From contig CM068756.1 in assembly GCA_035084275.1 (NCBI GenBank), forward strand, positions 9,052,001 through 9,116,000: a stretch of 64,000 nt of DNA. Direction: 5' to 3'. Within the stretch, counting starts at the first letter, position 1; every line of letters begins with the position of its first letter. The DNA is from Hydrolagus colliei. Its lineage: Eukaryota. Positions 26,801 through 39,639 of the stretch are shown here, piece by piece. The position numbers were made by a program, and so were the translations under genes. The notes below the pieces were generated by a model, which was not told the DNA's origin, did not search any database, and was given only the letters and a program-made list of their open reading frames with translations.

Positions 26801-28274
26801 CTGACCGCCAAGTGAAGTTAACCGCCAATTCTGGTAGGCACAGAGTGCAGGAGACTTTTGCTTGCTTTGCGTTTCTTTCATTGGCTGACTTTTATGCAGA
26901 TTTATTGCACTGGTAGACAGTAATATGTAATTTGGGACTTTACTCTGTGTCAAAAGTTCTTTTATTTTGGGATTCGAATGCTCTGGCAAGCATTATCCGT
27001 GTAACGTCTTTAACTCGTTCATCAGAACAAACTCACTTTTGTCTCTCGGAATGAATAAACTCTGTATCTGCTTGCATGCTTTCCCCGCGCTGCTCCAACA
27101 AAACAAAATAAGCACCAACTCTCTTGATCTGGTCTAATCTCGACCATTGGATCACCATTACTATAAAACCAAACTTATCACTTAGGCACTATTCCATTTG
27201 TAAAGTGTGCAAAACCCATTGAATGCTTTCTATATGCTCACTTTGCTGTTTTTTAAATTGAAGAATTATCAGAAATTCTCATCCTCCCCTTCCCTTCAGC
27301 CTTCGTTTCACATAATCAGCAGGCTTTTAAATTCCAAGCTTGTCGTGAGCCAGCCACTTCTGTTTGAATAATCTTGTTTCTCTGTGACTCCTTTCAACCT
27401 CGGTGGTACTATATATTGCAGTACGGGCTCAGGCCTTTCACCCGGGTTCTTAATAAAATAAAAATAATAAATATGTTAACAGTGGTTTCATATAACAAAG
27501 TGGTAACATCAGCATCCATAAATACCCTTGAATGGCACTTTTTATAATTACTGCACTTGAACTCATTGAATAATTGCTCTGGTTTAAGTGCTTAATGGGA
27601 CATAACCTCTTAAGCATTTGTTTCAAAAATGATCTTGCCTGATATTGGTGGTTGCACATTGCAGTACATTTAAATGCTCCGTATTTTCACCTCGGGTTTT
27701 ATTAAAAAAAGCGGAACCCATCTCACCACAATTTGCATATGCAGATCCACAAATGTTTGGTAAATTAAATTGCCACAAATTAATCTGAGAATTTCTGAAA
27801 TGTGCCACCCTCTGACATCTAATTATTAACATTCATTTTTTTCTACATCAAGTCTGTCGTGCTGCAACATTAGCATTTTTTATTTTAGAAATGGTCCTTT
27901 GAAGATCATAATTTCAGGCTGTTGCATTATTTCCCATCTAATTCCAAAGTAACTTAGATTGGAAAAGACAATATATATAAGGAAATTAACTGTTGAGGTT
28001 TCTTTTTTCTATCAATAAACTGAAATTTAATACTCACTCATTAGCAGAAAGCTCTTTACCCCCAACACAAATCCATTGGCTACACCATTGAGCAAGCACT
28101 GGGAGTATGAAATAGAAATTAAGTTTATTGTAATTTTTTTTAGCTGTTATCCACGTCAAAATATTCCCTTCATTGCTGATTCGTGAAATAAGAAAACTGA
28201 AAATAAATATTTCACTTACTAAGATATTTTTGTTATGCAGAATTACACAGACTGGATTTTTTTTTCTTCTAGAT

Positions 28275-28380
28275 TCGCCCACAAAATATAGTCCGTTGAC
28301 TCTACAGTATATTCTGCAAAGCGCTTTGAGACATCTTGAAGGCATTATCAGGCGCTATATCAAATCCAAGGATTATTATA
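28275..28380 (+). mobile_element. SINE family A 3' tail (similar tails at 2872-2975, 34505-34616, 42770-42880, 48615-48670, 62230-62340)
   Basis: ttcgcccacaaaatatagtc...cagtatattctg..aagcgctttgagacatct...aggcgctatatcaaat.caaggattatt recurs many times in the window. Confidence 0.8.
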
Positions 28381-29699
28381 TGTTATGTGATTTTCCTTTT
28401 TTTAATATAAATGTCTCACTTAATGTTAGAACAACAAAATGCAAATAATAAGCAAATGTAACTGGAAACTGGAAACTAATGTGCTACTTTGAAGTAGCAA
28501 CTTCAAGTGAAGGACCCCATTGTTTCAGCGAGTTTAAATTAAGATGTTTGGACATATATGGAGTTTTTGCTTCTCACTAGTGACTTTCTTTCTAGCAATT
28601 TCGAAGTGACATACTGTATATTCATTTTCCCCCCTTTTTTGTACCCTCTTTTCCTTGGAATTGAACTGTAGTCCAGCGTACCGTAGCAAAATATTCATAC
28701 AGAAAACATTGATCACATAGACATACAACAGATTTTTCCCCCCTGGTCTCCCCCAGGACCCAAACACCATCCCCCTCCCTCCAACCATCTCCCTAGCTTC
28801 CTATTGTCCCTATCACTTCTCTTGTTATTTCATTCTCCAGCATGACAGAGCAAAAAAGCATTCTGTTGGAAGGCTATCCCCATAACGGGGCAAAGCAACT
28901 CAATCACATCTACAGCCTCGCTGCTTCTCATAAGATCTTTTCATTCCTGCTTTGATTGCAGGGATAGCTCCAGTTCTGTAATTTTCTCACCCTTTCGCTC
29001 ACTGAAGAACAGGTATAAATGAGGGAAATGGAATGCAAAACTGGAAAATATTTTTCAAGGAATTGTAAATTGAGTGGAATCCATGTCCTGTGGAAAGATC
29101 AACAGCTCTTTTGCTGCACCATGTTTCCTTCTGCTCTTATGTTCCAAAAAAAAAGTCTGTTAGGTTAAGATGGTGTGTGAGTCCAGGGGGGGAAAAACTG
29201 TTGTAAATCTATGTGATGAATGTGTTCTGTATGAATATTTTGCTGCATTACGCTGAACTACAGTTCAAGTCCAAGGATCCTACTAGAATCCTATTACTAC
29301 TGGACATTTTGAACCCAATGATCTGATGCGAAGTCATGAGAAGCACTCAACATACAGTTTGCAGTTTGTATCAAGGACAGGAGATGTGCGGTTGTGTTCC
29401 TCTGCTCCCACGTTTAATTCATATCATCTTAAACAAATGGAAGAAATGTGCAGCTCAGAATGATGAGGTGTGGTACCATCTATAAAATGATTCTTAAATA
29501 TTTGTGTTTGGATTTCTTGCAGGAGTTGACTCCCAAATCTCTCCCCCTCGCCCCAACTGGACTGATCTGATCTGACTTGATCTCTCAACTCTGGGCTAAG
29601 TGGACATTGTTCATTTTATAATTTACTATTAAAAGCTTGATACAAAGTCGAGATGTCTTGTTTGTGTGATTGCTGGGGAGGAGTAGTTGGATATAGAAC

Positions 29700-29932
29700 A
29701 AGTTTATACTGCAAGATGATCTCAAAATCAATGGTGAACCAGCAGATCTCAACCAGGATAACAGTTGCAGACACTAGAATTACCCACAGTGTCTTTGTGC
29801 TGTACCTGTGTGAAAAGTTCACATTTCGTCAAGACAGAATGCAGCTCAGCTGTGATTTCTCTCCCTTGTCAGCCGAATAACTAGCGGAAGCACAGTCTAA
29901 GCTCACATGTGAAGAATGGTCGCTTGAACAAG
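29700..29932 (+). mobile_element. SINE family B body/tail, degraded
   Basis: gtcaagacagaatgcagctcagctgtgat...cagtctaagctcacatgtgaagaatggtcgcttg is the reverse complement of the aagtggccattc..atgtgtgagcc motif at 48858, 13040, 3378 and 56738. Confidence 0.55.
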
Positions 29933-29954
29933 TGGAAATTATTTTAAATAGTAC

Positions 29955-30160
29955 TTTATCACCTTGAAATCTCACAGCTCTTCACAAATAACATGCCAGC
30001 CATTTGAGCCAACAAGGTTCCAGAAACAGCCAAGAGGTAAATGAGCAATTAATCTGCAGCATTGTAGGCCAGGACAGTTGGAAAGACTCTCTTCTCTAGG
30101 GATGTCTTAAATCTCACTTGAAGAACAGGCAGACAGTGCTTCAGTTTGACAAAGAATGGT
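29955..30160 (-). mobile_element. Degraded Deu-domain SINE
   Basis: Collinear with the 44178-44500 copy (cagccattt..., aaacagc, ggccaggaca, gggatgtcttaa). Confidence 0.5.
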
Positions 30161-31115
30161 GAGAAAGGTAAGCACTTAGTTTGGTGACAAGAACATAGTT
30201 CGGTACCTTGGTAACTCTTATCTTAACTGTTTTCACATTTGTAAACTCTTAAAATAGTAATCAGTTAAGTCATTTAATTACTATTGTTGCATACTTTGTA
30301 TGGTGCAACTCAGCCTTTGGCAATGACTAAGAATGGAATTTTAAAAACATGTTAAGCGTCTCAAATGATGTGTTTTGCTAGCCTAACTTGCTGGGATTTG
30401 AATAGAAAGCTAAAGACACTAATTTGGCACTTTCATCTATGGATCATTTAGTTTTTGTACATGTCAATATTTCATAAGTCAAATGTATGACCTAACCTGC
30501 TGGGTCCCCTTCTGATACAGACACTGCTCGCTTAGCTGTACACAGTCCCTACAATTCAGATCAGTCCATGTGTTTTATTTCACCCTTACATGCAACTCTG
30601 GCTTGTGGCTCTCTCTCTTTACAGAGTAATTCCCACTACTTTTAACTTCTGCATATTTAACTTGATTTACTACAACCTCAACAGCAAAGACTTGTATTTA
30701 TACAGTGCCGGTCATGTCGAGTAACGTGACAGAGCAGTTTACAGTGACGGGGACAGATTCCGAGCCGGAGGAAGGAATTTACACTCTGCATCACCCTTTC
30801 ACTGGTCATGAATGTTACTCCTAACATTCACCCAGTGTTGACAGCTCTGTTAAGTAGCAGTGATCATTATGATCCTCATTGTTCCTACCCATATTCATTC
30901 ACTTAAAATAACAGGTGTTCTTATTTTCAAAGGATCTACTAAATGTTTAATAACCAATAACAGAAGTGGGCAGGGTGGACACTAGAATGGCATTATGTCT
31001 CTTTTCTGCTCTGCCCTCTCACCTACATTTTAAAGCAATATACAATTATTGTGAATTAAAATAGGAAAGAAAGTGAGATTAGAGCAGTTAGCTCCAGTGG
31101 GGATAGCTGATAACA

Positions 31116-31300
31116 ATTTTTAAAAATCCTTGCATTTGATATAGCACCTCTCAAAGGGAGACCTCTCAAAGTGCTTCACTGAATATAAGTTTTGTCCACA
31201 AAATACAGTCAATTCACTTTACAGTATATTCTGTGAAGTGCTTTGACACGTCTAAAAGATGTTATAAGGCACAATAGTAAATGCAAGGATTTTCAAAAAT
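31116..31300. repeat. Inverted-repeat (fold-back) structure made of two opposed SINE A tails
   Basis: Left arm 31116-31187 and right arm 31225-31300. Perfect 15-bp inverted match AAAATCCTTGCATTT/AAATGCAAGGATTTT, extending outward to 22 bp with one mismatch. Confidence 0.8.
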
Positions 31301-34300
31301 AGTATGACTATTATTGCATAGTTATTTATTTGTTACACAGTTAGCACCAGTACAGACACAGAAGGCCTCCTTCTGTGCTGTAAACATTCTATCATTCTTC
31401 TCCTTACCCATCTCCCCAAAGCACGTATATGTTGGGTCTCTCCTGAGGACAATAGTTTGCTTCTAATACATTTTAATGCACAAAACTCCAGAGTTTTTAA
31501 CTAGTGCACTGCAGGACTGGTCTGAGCTTTGAGGTTTTTTTTAATGGCTGAGCTGGATTTATAGTGAATAAACTACAACAATATCCTTAGAGGTTTGCCT
31601 TTTCATTCCGGAAGGTTTCACAGGTTTCAAATTCCTCTAAATAAAAAATAAACCTGGGAGAATTCTATTTTTCCAGTTCATTCAATGCATATCCCACCAG
31701 TTGTCATTAAAAATCTGGAGTCTGGATAAATCCCTCAGCACATCCATAGAAACAACCGTAATTTGTGCATTGATGTGGACTATAGGTAAAACACACGCCT
31801 AACTGAAAGAGGTTTCTCAGAAGCTCAGGTACAAATGTGACTGACTATCCACTGGCTGGGGAATGTTCTATGCTTTAGCAGCATATAGTGAGTGATTTAC
31901 CCCTCCATGATCTCCCACTGCCAGATAATAGCTTTGCCTCCTGCATTGACATTTCTGCAACGAAAGAGAAAGGAAAAAATATCAGAAGAATCAAATAGGA
32001 ATAGAAATAGAAGCAGAAGAGAGAAATAGGGGAAAAGTGGTGAGAAAACAAATGTGTGATCGAATGCAGCGTAACACAGAATTAGTGAGGTTTTTAATAC
32101 AAATAAATAATTTAAAATAATAATATAATAATCCTTAAAGCACCAAATGTGACACTATGGATTTAAGTCGAGATAAATTATGATTGTTTTTTCAGCTCTG
32201 TATGTATGATGGCAAGGATTTTTCAGTTTTGTTTGCAATTATCTATTCGTACCCCTGTGATAGTTTCTCCCTGCTGCACAGAGTTGCATAGACCACAGCA
32301 CAAAAACAGGCCATTCATCCCAACTAGTGCATGCTGGTGTTTTTACTCTACATGAGTCTCCACCCCCTCTTAATCTGCCCAGTAACACCCCTCTGTTCTC
32401 TTCTCCCTTATGAATGCAATCTTCCAACTTAAGTCATACCTCCTGCAGATCAAATTGTCCACAGTTTGCCTTGCAGCAGTGTCTATGTATATGAAAGAGG
32501 TGAGGTCTGAAAGCTGTGAAGAAGGGCTTGCTTTCATCAGAGTATCATGTTTCAGCTTTATTTTGGATTCCAGAGTATTACTGCATCACACAAGTGTGCC
32601 TAGTTGTATTTTTTATTTTTTCAGTGTCTAGGAAAAGTCTTTTATTCTAACGCAGAGAGCTGGAAGGCAAATTCTTCAGCGGTGTAATAGAAAATGTTAG
32701 ACAATATTTCGGACTGGAGCTATTGACTTTTGGAGTCACGGCACTTTGATTTTTTTCCCTGAAAACAGATGGATTAGGCTTCACAGAGTTATTGGACAGG
32801 AAGATTCGATGAGAAACCCTTCCCTTTTTAGATTCTTTTCTGCTTGTTCATGTCCTTCTGTCTGCATATAATAGTAGCGTTTTCCCCCCTTCTTTGCTGC
32901 CTGGGGAGCTGTTATTGCTTCAACTAAATATTTTATGCACCACAGTACACCACACACCTGCCAACAGATCTCGGTTTGTATGGAAAATAAAGGTTAATTC
33001 CAGATTTTATTTTGGCCCAGATGTTTTAATATTTTTTAATGTCCAATAATATTTATTGGAAACAGCAAGCGCGGAGCTAGCCTTGAGAGGATTTTCTATG
33101 CCTTGCAGTCCAGTGTTTATCTCTTGATTGCAGCTCCTCTTTCTTGCATTGTTCTCTGTATTTGTTCACAAGTTTAACACAAGGCTATCTGCTGTGGCAA
33201 AACTCTCTGTGCATCTCAGCACACGAGTCATCGTCTTGTTCCTGACCTTGAAGAGGCAGGTAAACTGCTTAGTTGGAAGCACTCCTGCTGGGCTGTGAAA
33301 GACTTTTAACTCACCTGAGGCCCCGAACTCCTTATGGTCCTCGTCTTAAGATTGTTCAGAGTTCCGGAAAATTTGGAAGCCAGTGTTTCACAGTTCTTAA
33401 TGCTGTTTCTAACATCATAAGTTGTCTCCACCCACTCTCCGCCGCCTCAAAAAAACGCTCCAGAATTAGATATGTTTTTGAATTTACAAAACACTAAACA
33501 GTATTGTGAAAATGGAATGCAACATTGCATCAGCCAGCTTCTGCTAACCGAGCTTCCACTAGCCCAGCTTTTGTGTTCCTTTTGCATCCGTTTGTTTTTG
33601 ATAAAATTGGTCACATTCCCCTGGAAGAGGTCAGTGAAAATCGTTATCACTCTCAGCCCCCAATCTGCTTGCGGAAACCTTTTGAGCCGAACAACACCAA
33701 GTACTGGCCTGAAAAGTCCTGGCTGAAGGATAGGAGTAATTTATTCCAAAGGCTGTCATTGTTACATTTGTAAAATTGCAAATATTTGCTTTTTGATGCA
33801 TCTGTCTCACCTCTGTGAACAGGACATCTTTATGTCAGACCAACACAGTGGGAGGCATCATCTTGGAACAGTGTCCAAATTGAGAATAGATGGGATGTTG
33901 GTACTGAGGCAGGCTGCTAGCACCGTTCCTGTTTCTGAGCTGTCTTTTCGAGCCAAGTAGATTTGCATCAAAATCTAGTAACCCAGTGGGGTCTGTGTTG
34001 CAGCGATTTTATAACAGGAGTCATTAATAACAACTCCCAAGTAACAGACAGCCACTCCTGGTAACCGGATATGTGCCACTCCAACCTATAATAATGATAA
34101 TGCTTTCATTGATGAACTGCCTTTCATGTTAGGAAGACATCTCAGAGTGCTTCACAGGATTCGCTATAAAGTCTAGTGACTGCAACTTTATAGGCGACGG
34201 CTGCTTTTATCTAAATGTTCCTGGAGTGACAATGAATGGCACATGTTTGGTTATTGGATGATTTTTATGTACATTTCAATGTAGATAATTTTTGCATTTT

Positions 34301-35964
34301 ATTTGTTGGAAGAAAGAATGGCAATTGAAATCCCACTTTTTCGACCCCTGTGTCGCCTGTTCAATATCATGACACGGTCTGACCGTGCTTTAGCATTGTC
34401 ATTTTCCATTATTTTCTTTCCACATCTTCACTCTGTTCCTTCTTTATCATACATACCAGCCTTTGATAGCTACACATATTTTATACTGTATATATTCATG
34501 GCACATTTCGCCCACAAGTATACGATCAATTCACTCTACAGTATGTTCTGTGAAGTGCTTTGAGACATCTGGAAGACGTGAAAAGTGCTATATCAAATAC
34601 GAGGATTATTATTATTACACAGTTGCCAAATATGCTGGTCCTTCCTCAACCAGCAGGAGGTGTTCTCACGCACATTGGATGCAACATTCACCCCTGATTC
34701 TTGGGCTAACTTTTCTCTTCCCGGGATGAAGCCAACTAACCCAGTGGGGTAAATGAAATCTAAATATCCTGAAGTTAGGGTGTTTCAATTTGGGACCCTC
34801 TAGGTTAGAGACCAGTAGTCCCAGGATTGCCAGACTCCCTACTGCAAACAACTGTTGAAGTGGCATTAGCACAAAAAAGCTTGGGGAAAATGTTATTTTG
34901 ATTTGTTCGCAAACCTAGCACAGGGTAATGTAAATTGCACTGAAATGAAATGTGCGTTGCAATCATGAGAAAAGTTTCCCCTTCGGTTTCCCTTCTTCAA
35001 AAAACAAAAAAAGCCTCTGCCAAGCAACGTTTTTAGGAAGACTGTGTGTGTGGCTTTAATGGCAGCCTTTTCATGTAAACAAACCACACAGTCACTGCAC
35101 TTTTCGGTGTATCCCGTGAAGAGCTTTGGGAGGTCCTTCTGACGTGAAAGAAATTTTTACATTTCAAATGTAAAAATTCTATTATTATAAAAAGGAAGAA
35201 AACTCACCTCCTGTATTCCCATCTGGGCACTTTGAGAAATCTGGGAAACAAAGTTCCATTGTATCCAGGAAGGTTAAAAGAGATCCACAGAAAGAATAAT
35301 TGTATGCTACAGCAGGGCAAAGCTACTACAGTTCTAACAATTTGGATTGTAGTGTACTAGATTCTGTTTGTCATGCTTTATGCAACCAAACATATTTTTG
35401 GAAGACTGATTGCAAACATATGTCTGGGATAGTGAGCGCAGTGGATGATGTTGGCATACTTCTGTTTCATCTTTAAAATCCATGGGCCGTAAATCATTGA
35501 GCTGAAAATGCAGCAGTATTGAGCTTTATGAATTGATACAATTTTAAGACCAGCAGCTGCTCATGCTGCAGGGAAAGTTGACACGATGACTTTTATAATA
35601 ACAGAACATTTAAGGTTATAGGAATAAAAGGGAAGAAGAGAAATCAAGTGTTGATCTCAGCCTGCAGGCTCACTTGACTAACTCAGGACTACAGCAATTA
35701 TTTCAGCTCCGACTTTCTTTGCAGTTAATTTGAAATGAAACTGAAAGACATGGCAAGTTTCTCAGTGTTGTCAATTAACACATCATTTTAGTCACTCCTG
35801 GCCAGGAAAAGGAGTTCAATCTTTTTGTCATAATATGGAAGGAATCATATATTTCATGAGCTAAACATAGAAAGTAACATCATAAACCGATCGTTTCAGG
35901 AAGGGTTTTGAAATAGAGACATAAACAAACTCGAAATATTGCAGACTGGTTGACTGCAAATTCA

Positions 35965-36362
35965 GAAAGAGTCTTAGATGGCACTTCAATGCAGTGCTGG
36001 GGGTATGTTGCATTGTCGGAGGTGCCGTTCTTCAGAAGATTTTAAACTGAGTTCACTTCTGCCTGTTCAGGTGGACGTTAACGATCCCATGGTGCTATTC
36101 AAAAAGAGAAGGGAGTTTCTCCCATTGTTCTTGCCAACAATGCCTCAAATTAAAAAATCGGTCACTCACTCCATGGATATTTGTAAAACATTGCTGTGCG
36201 CTAACCCGGCTGCCCTGTGCTTTACCAGACTGAAAAGTGAACAGCTAGGTACTCCTCGAGGGAAATTGTTTCGCCCACAAAATACACATTAAAAAAAACA
36301 CTTGACATACCTTTAAGACATTTTGACCACGTGAAAAGGTCAAATGCAAGGATTATTATTAT
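35965..36362 (+). mobile_element. Deu-domain SINE (SacSINE1/AmnSINE1-like) with L2-type tail
   Basis: Contains tgcattgtcggaggtgccgt...ttaaactgag...ttcaggtggacgttaacgatcccatggtgctattc, the recalled Deu core, and ends aatgcaaggattattatt. Confidence 0.8.
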
Positions 36363-37891
36363 GCATCAGAATGTTCTCTGGATTTAACGATGATATTGAT
36401 TTTAATTCTCTTGCTATTTTCCCTTCTAATGTGTTCCACCTCCAACTAGAGGGCCCATCTTAAGAGCTTCAATGAGGCCCACCACAGTTGATCATGTTAG
36501 CTGTCGTCAACAAGGAATTGGTTCTGTGCTAATGGTAATGGTGCCACATGCCAAAGAATACCAGACTGCTTTACACTGATGTGTAAAAGTCAGAGCAGTT
36601 TCTTCTTTATAGCAAAAAAAGACTCTTTGCATGAAACAAGATCCTTGTCCTTTACCAGGCTGAAAAGGTAAAAAGCTATGCCTCATACATTTAGGTACCC
36701 ATCAAGGGAAATTGTCTTTGGGATTGACTTCACCAGCAAGACTGCAATGATTTTATGAAGATTAAGCATTTGTAATGCTTCAAAACAGAAGCATCTGATG
36801 AGCTAGAATGGAAAATCCAGACCCACCATCTACGTGTGATTGAGTGCCTCGGGTTGCGTGAATGCAGTACAGTCTTCTTGCCTCTGAGTGTCTCTGTAGC
36901 TCACACCCTCACAGCCTGATTGTCACAAAAGGTGCCTCCCAGCTTTTCTTAGCAGGCTTGAAATCACATCATGGAACACCAGCGGCACACCAGCGGCACT
37001 TGTTATTAGCCCTAAAATCCATCTGTTAATTATATATTTTTCCTTCTTGTTAACTGCTTGAAATTCACTGCAGGAGAGCAGTCATCAGTGATCTCTCCAT
37101 TCTATAATATTTAGAATGGGGTAATTGCTTTTCATGATTTTCTACTGGTATACTCACCCCCATGAAGACGAGGGTAGTCATTACTTGAAATACCCAATGT
37201 GAGTTCTCGAACTCTCACCTGGAGAATCGCATGAAAGGTCTAAGCTATGGCCAGTGAAATTCACAGAAGTCTCAAAAGAAACAATATATCTTGCCCACCA
37301 AATTTAGAATCAACCTCGGCATCCAACTGCTGACCAAAACTTACCGCTAATAACTCAAAAAAGTTTTTTTTTACAATTGTAGTTTTTAAAAGATGAAAAC
37401 TCTTTGCTTTCTTTCCTCATTCCATACATCTGGTATAAATTCCCAATAGCTCACAGATTAGTTCACATATTTGAACGATCCAGAACTCATGAGTCAGGGG
37501 TTGAGGAACGGAGTAACTTATGAATGTCTTTTTTCAACAAGAGAAAGAGCTGCTGTAAGCATTTATCCCCAGTGGGTTATTATTTTACTACTGTATTTGT
37601 AACTTTTTAACAAATTTTAAATGGTAGAGTTATATTCTAAGAATCATCATTTATAAGCATTACTGTTGGGGGAGGGCTATTATTAAAGTTCCCAGTAGGT
37701 TGAAATTGTCCTAAGTGTTGAAGCCAAGACTCTATGAGTTTCAATGTTACCCATACGGTGAGCCAATGAGTAAACAAGTTGTATTTGAATTTAGAAAAGA
37801 TGAGTTTTCAGATTCAAAACATATGATTGCAAAACTGTGTCCCAGTCAATGCTCCAAGACAGTATCCCTATGTGTCATTCTTTATATAAAT

Positions 37892-38160
37892 GCTAGTTCC
37901 ACCATCGGCAGTTGTGCTTTCAGCCACTAAGTCCCGAAGCTCTGGAACTCCCTCCTATAATCCCCCCGCCTTGCGCCGTCCCTCCCTCTCTCCCACTTTC
38001 AAATCCCGCCTAAAGTCCTTCCTTTTTCCTCTTGCTTACAGTCACTTCTCCCCTCCCTCTCTCCCTGGCTCGGGGTCAGACTCCACCATCGTCAACCGCT
38101 CCGGGAGGCTACTCCGTGTGAAGGAAGTGCAATAAATGCAAAAGTTGTTGTTGTAGTTGT
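37892..38160 (+). mobile_element. L2 LINE 3' fragment
   Basis: Encodes the typical L2 end (STIG..AFS, LWNSL, FKSRLKSFLF) and ends ataaatgcaaaag(ttg)n. Confidence 0.8.
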
Positions 38161-39392
38161 TCAGTGGAGCTGACCCTGATTAGTAATTTTGCGAAGGCAA
38201 ATATTGAGTATGACTTTGGGAAGAAAGCACCAGCTTTGGTGAAGGAAATGGAAATGCTGTTGGAATGGTCATGGTAGAGGAAGATAGCAGCCATAGTTGT
38301 GTGAATCTGGCCTCTTCTGATGGAAAATTTTACAGGAATAGATATAATATAGCAACAGATTAACATGGAATGCATTTTGGTTTCTAATTTCTAATCCGTG
38401 CTGTAAATCATAAAAGCAATGCAAAGCGCAACAAATTAATTATGGCCTTGAAATAAATCTTTATAAATTTTGCATTTAAAATACCTTCAGTGCTCTATGC
38501 TAAAGGTGTGTTAGCCCTAGGCTACATGTTGTAATCAAGGTCCACAGAAATATTTGATCTTCTCTTTATTAACATTCAAAATCCACCCTCTCAGGTGTGA
38601 CCCTTGATACCACTACTTACAATTATGCATGAAAGAAGCAAGAGAACAACATGTAAACAGCCAATCCAATCCATTTGCACAAAGTGGAATATTTACTCAC
38701 GCTGGCTTGTATTTTGACTCTTAGATAATCCCCAGGGCATGCTGGGACCAGGTAAAAGGATCTGACTCCTCACTCTAGTCACAGACCTTTGACCTCATAA
38801 GCAGAGCCAATCAACATCCCATAATGATTTCCACTGCTTTCATCCGACGTGAGAACAAACCAAATGACACTGCTTCTATAGCGAATCCCTACAGAATGTA
38901 AACTGTGAAGGGGAGGCTGTGGTAGTAATTATTTTGACAGCGCGGAAGATGAAAGCTTTACTAATTCAAGTGAGTCACAACCACTGTTTATCTATGCTAT
39001 CTATCACCAGGCAACAGAGGTGGCTGTTGGGAGTGTGCAAGCGAGAGAAAATGAAAATATGAAAGTAATGAAAGGCTTTGCAAGATCTGCTTACTCACGT
39101 GTGGTTAATGCATCAATCTTTCAGTGAGCCTAGGGTTGGGCGGTTGAAATTTCTGGGCATGTAGCGAGCGAGAACCATTCAGTGTTTGTTTTCACTGATC
39201 ATGGCTTTTTCCAATAAATGTTTTCTATTTACTTCTGCCGTCTGATCAGGGTACACAACTCACCTCCGTTCCCTCAAAAGCCAAGTGAGAGCAGCTGAAT
39301 GCACCTGGCTCAAATCTGGCCTCACGGTCCACCGGCAAATCTGGCTGGATCGCATCAAATTTTACCGCTCCGCCCTAGCCACCGCCAAATCA

Positions 39393-39634
39393 ACAACAAC
39401 AACAATTTACATTTATATAGCGCCTTTCACGTCGGGAGGACGTCCCAAGGCGCTAAACAAGAGGCGTGTGACCCGAGCTGGGAGGGGAGTGTTTGGGAAG
39501 GGGTGAAACACGAAGGGGAGGTAAAAGAGTTCGGGGTGGAACAAAAGGCACGATCGAAGAGGAAAGTCTTCAAATCAGCCTTGAAAGAGGAAAGGGAAGA
39601 GGCGAAACGGAGGGATTGAGGGATGGCATTCCAT
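39393..39634 (-). mobile_element. Antisense L2 3'-end copy nested inside the large L2
   Basis: Reverse complement of about 41369-41613. Flanked by AATCA at 39388-39392 and 39635-39639. Removing it restores the ORF2 frame (ATAKS|AF*SRIILEAKDNHRLLF). Confidence 0.9.
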
Positions 39635-39639
39635 AATCA

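Noticed and set aside
36443-36454. CTCF-like motif CAACTAGAGGGC (similar ones near 278-290 and 52515-52530)
   Set aside because: The matches are imperfect and expected by chance in 64 kb; the one near 280 is part of CR1 coding sequence.
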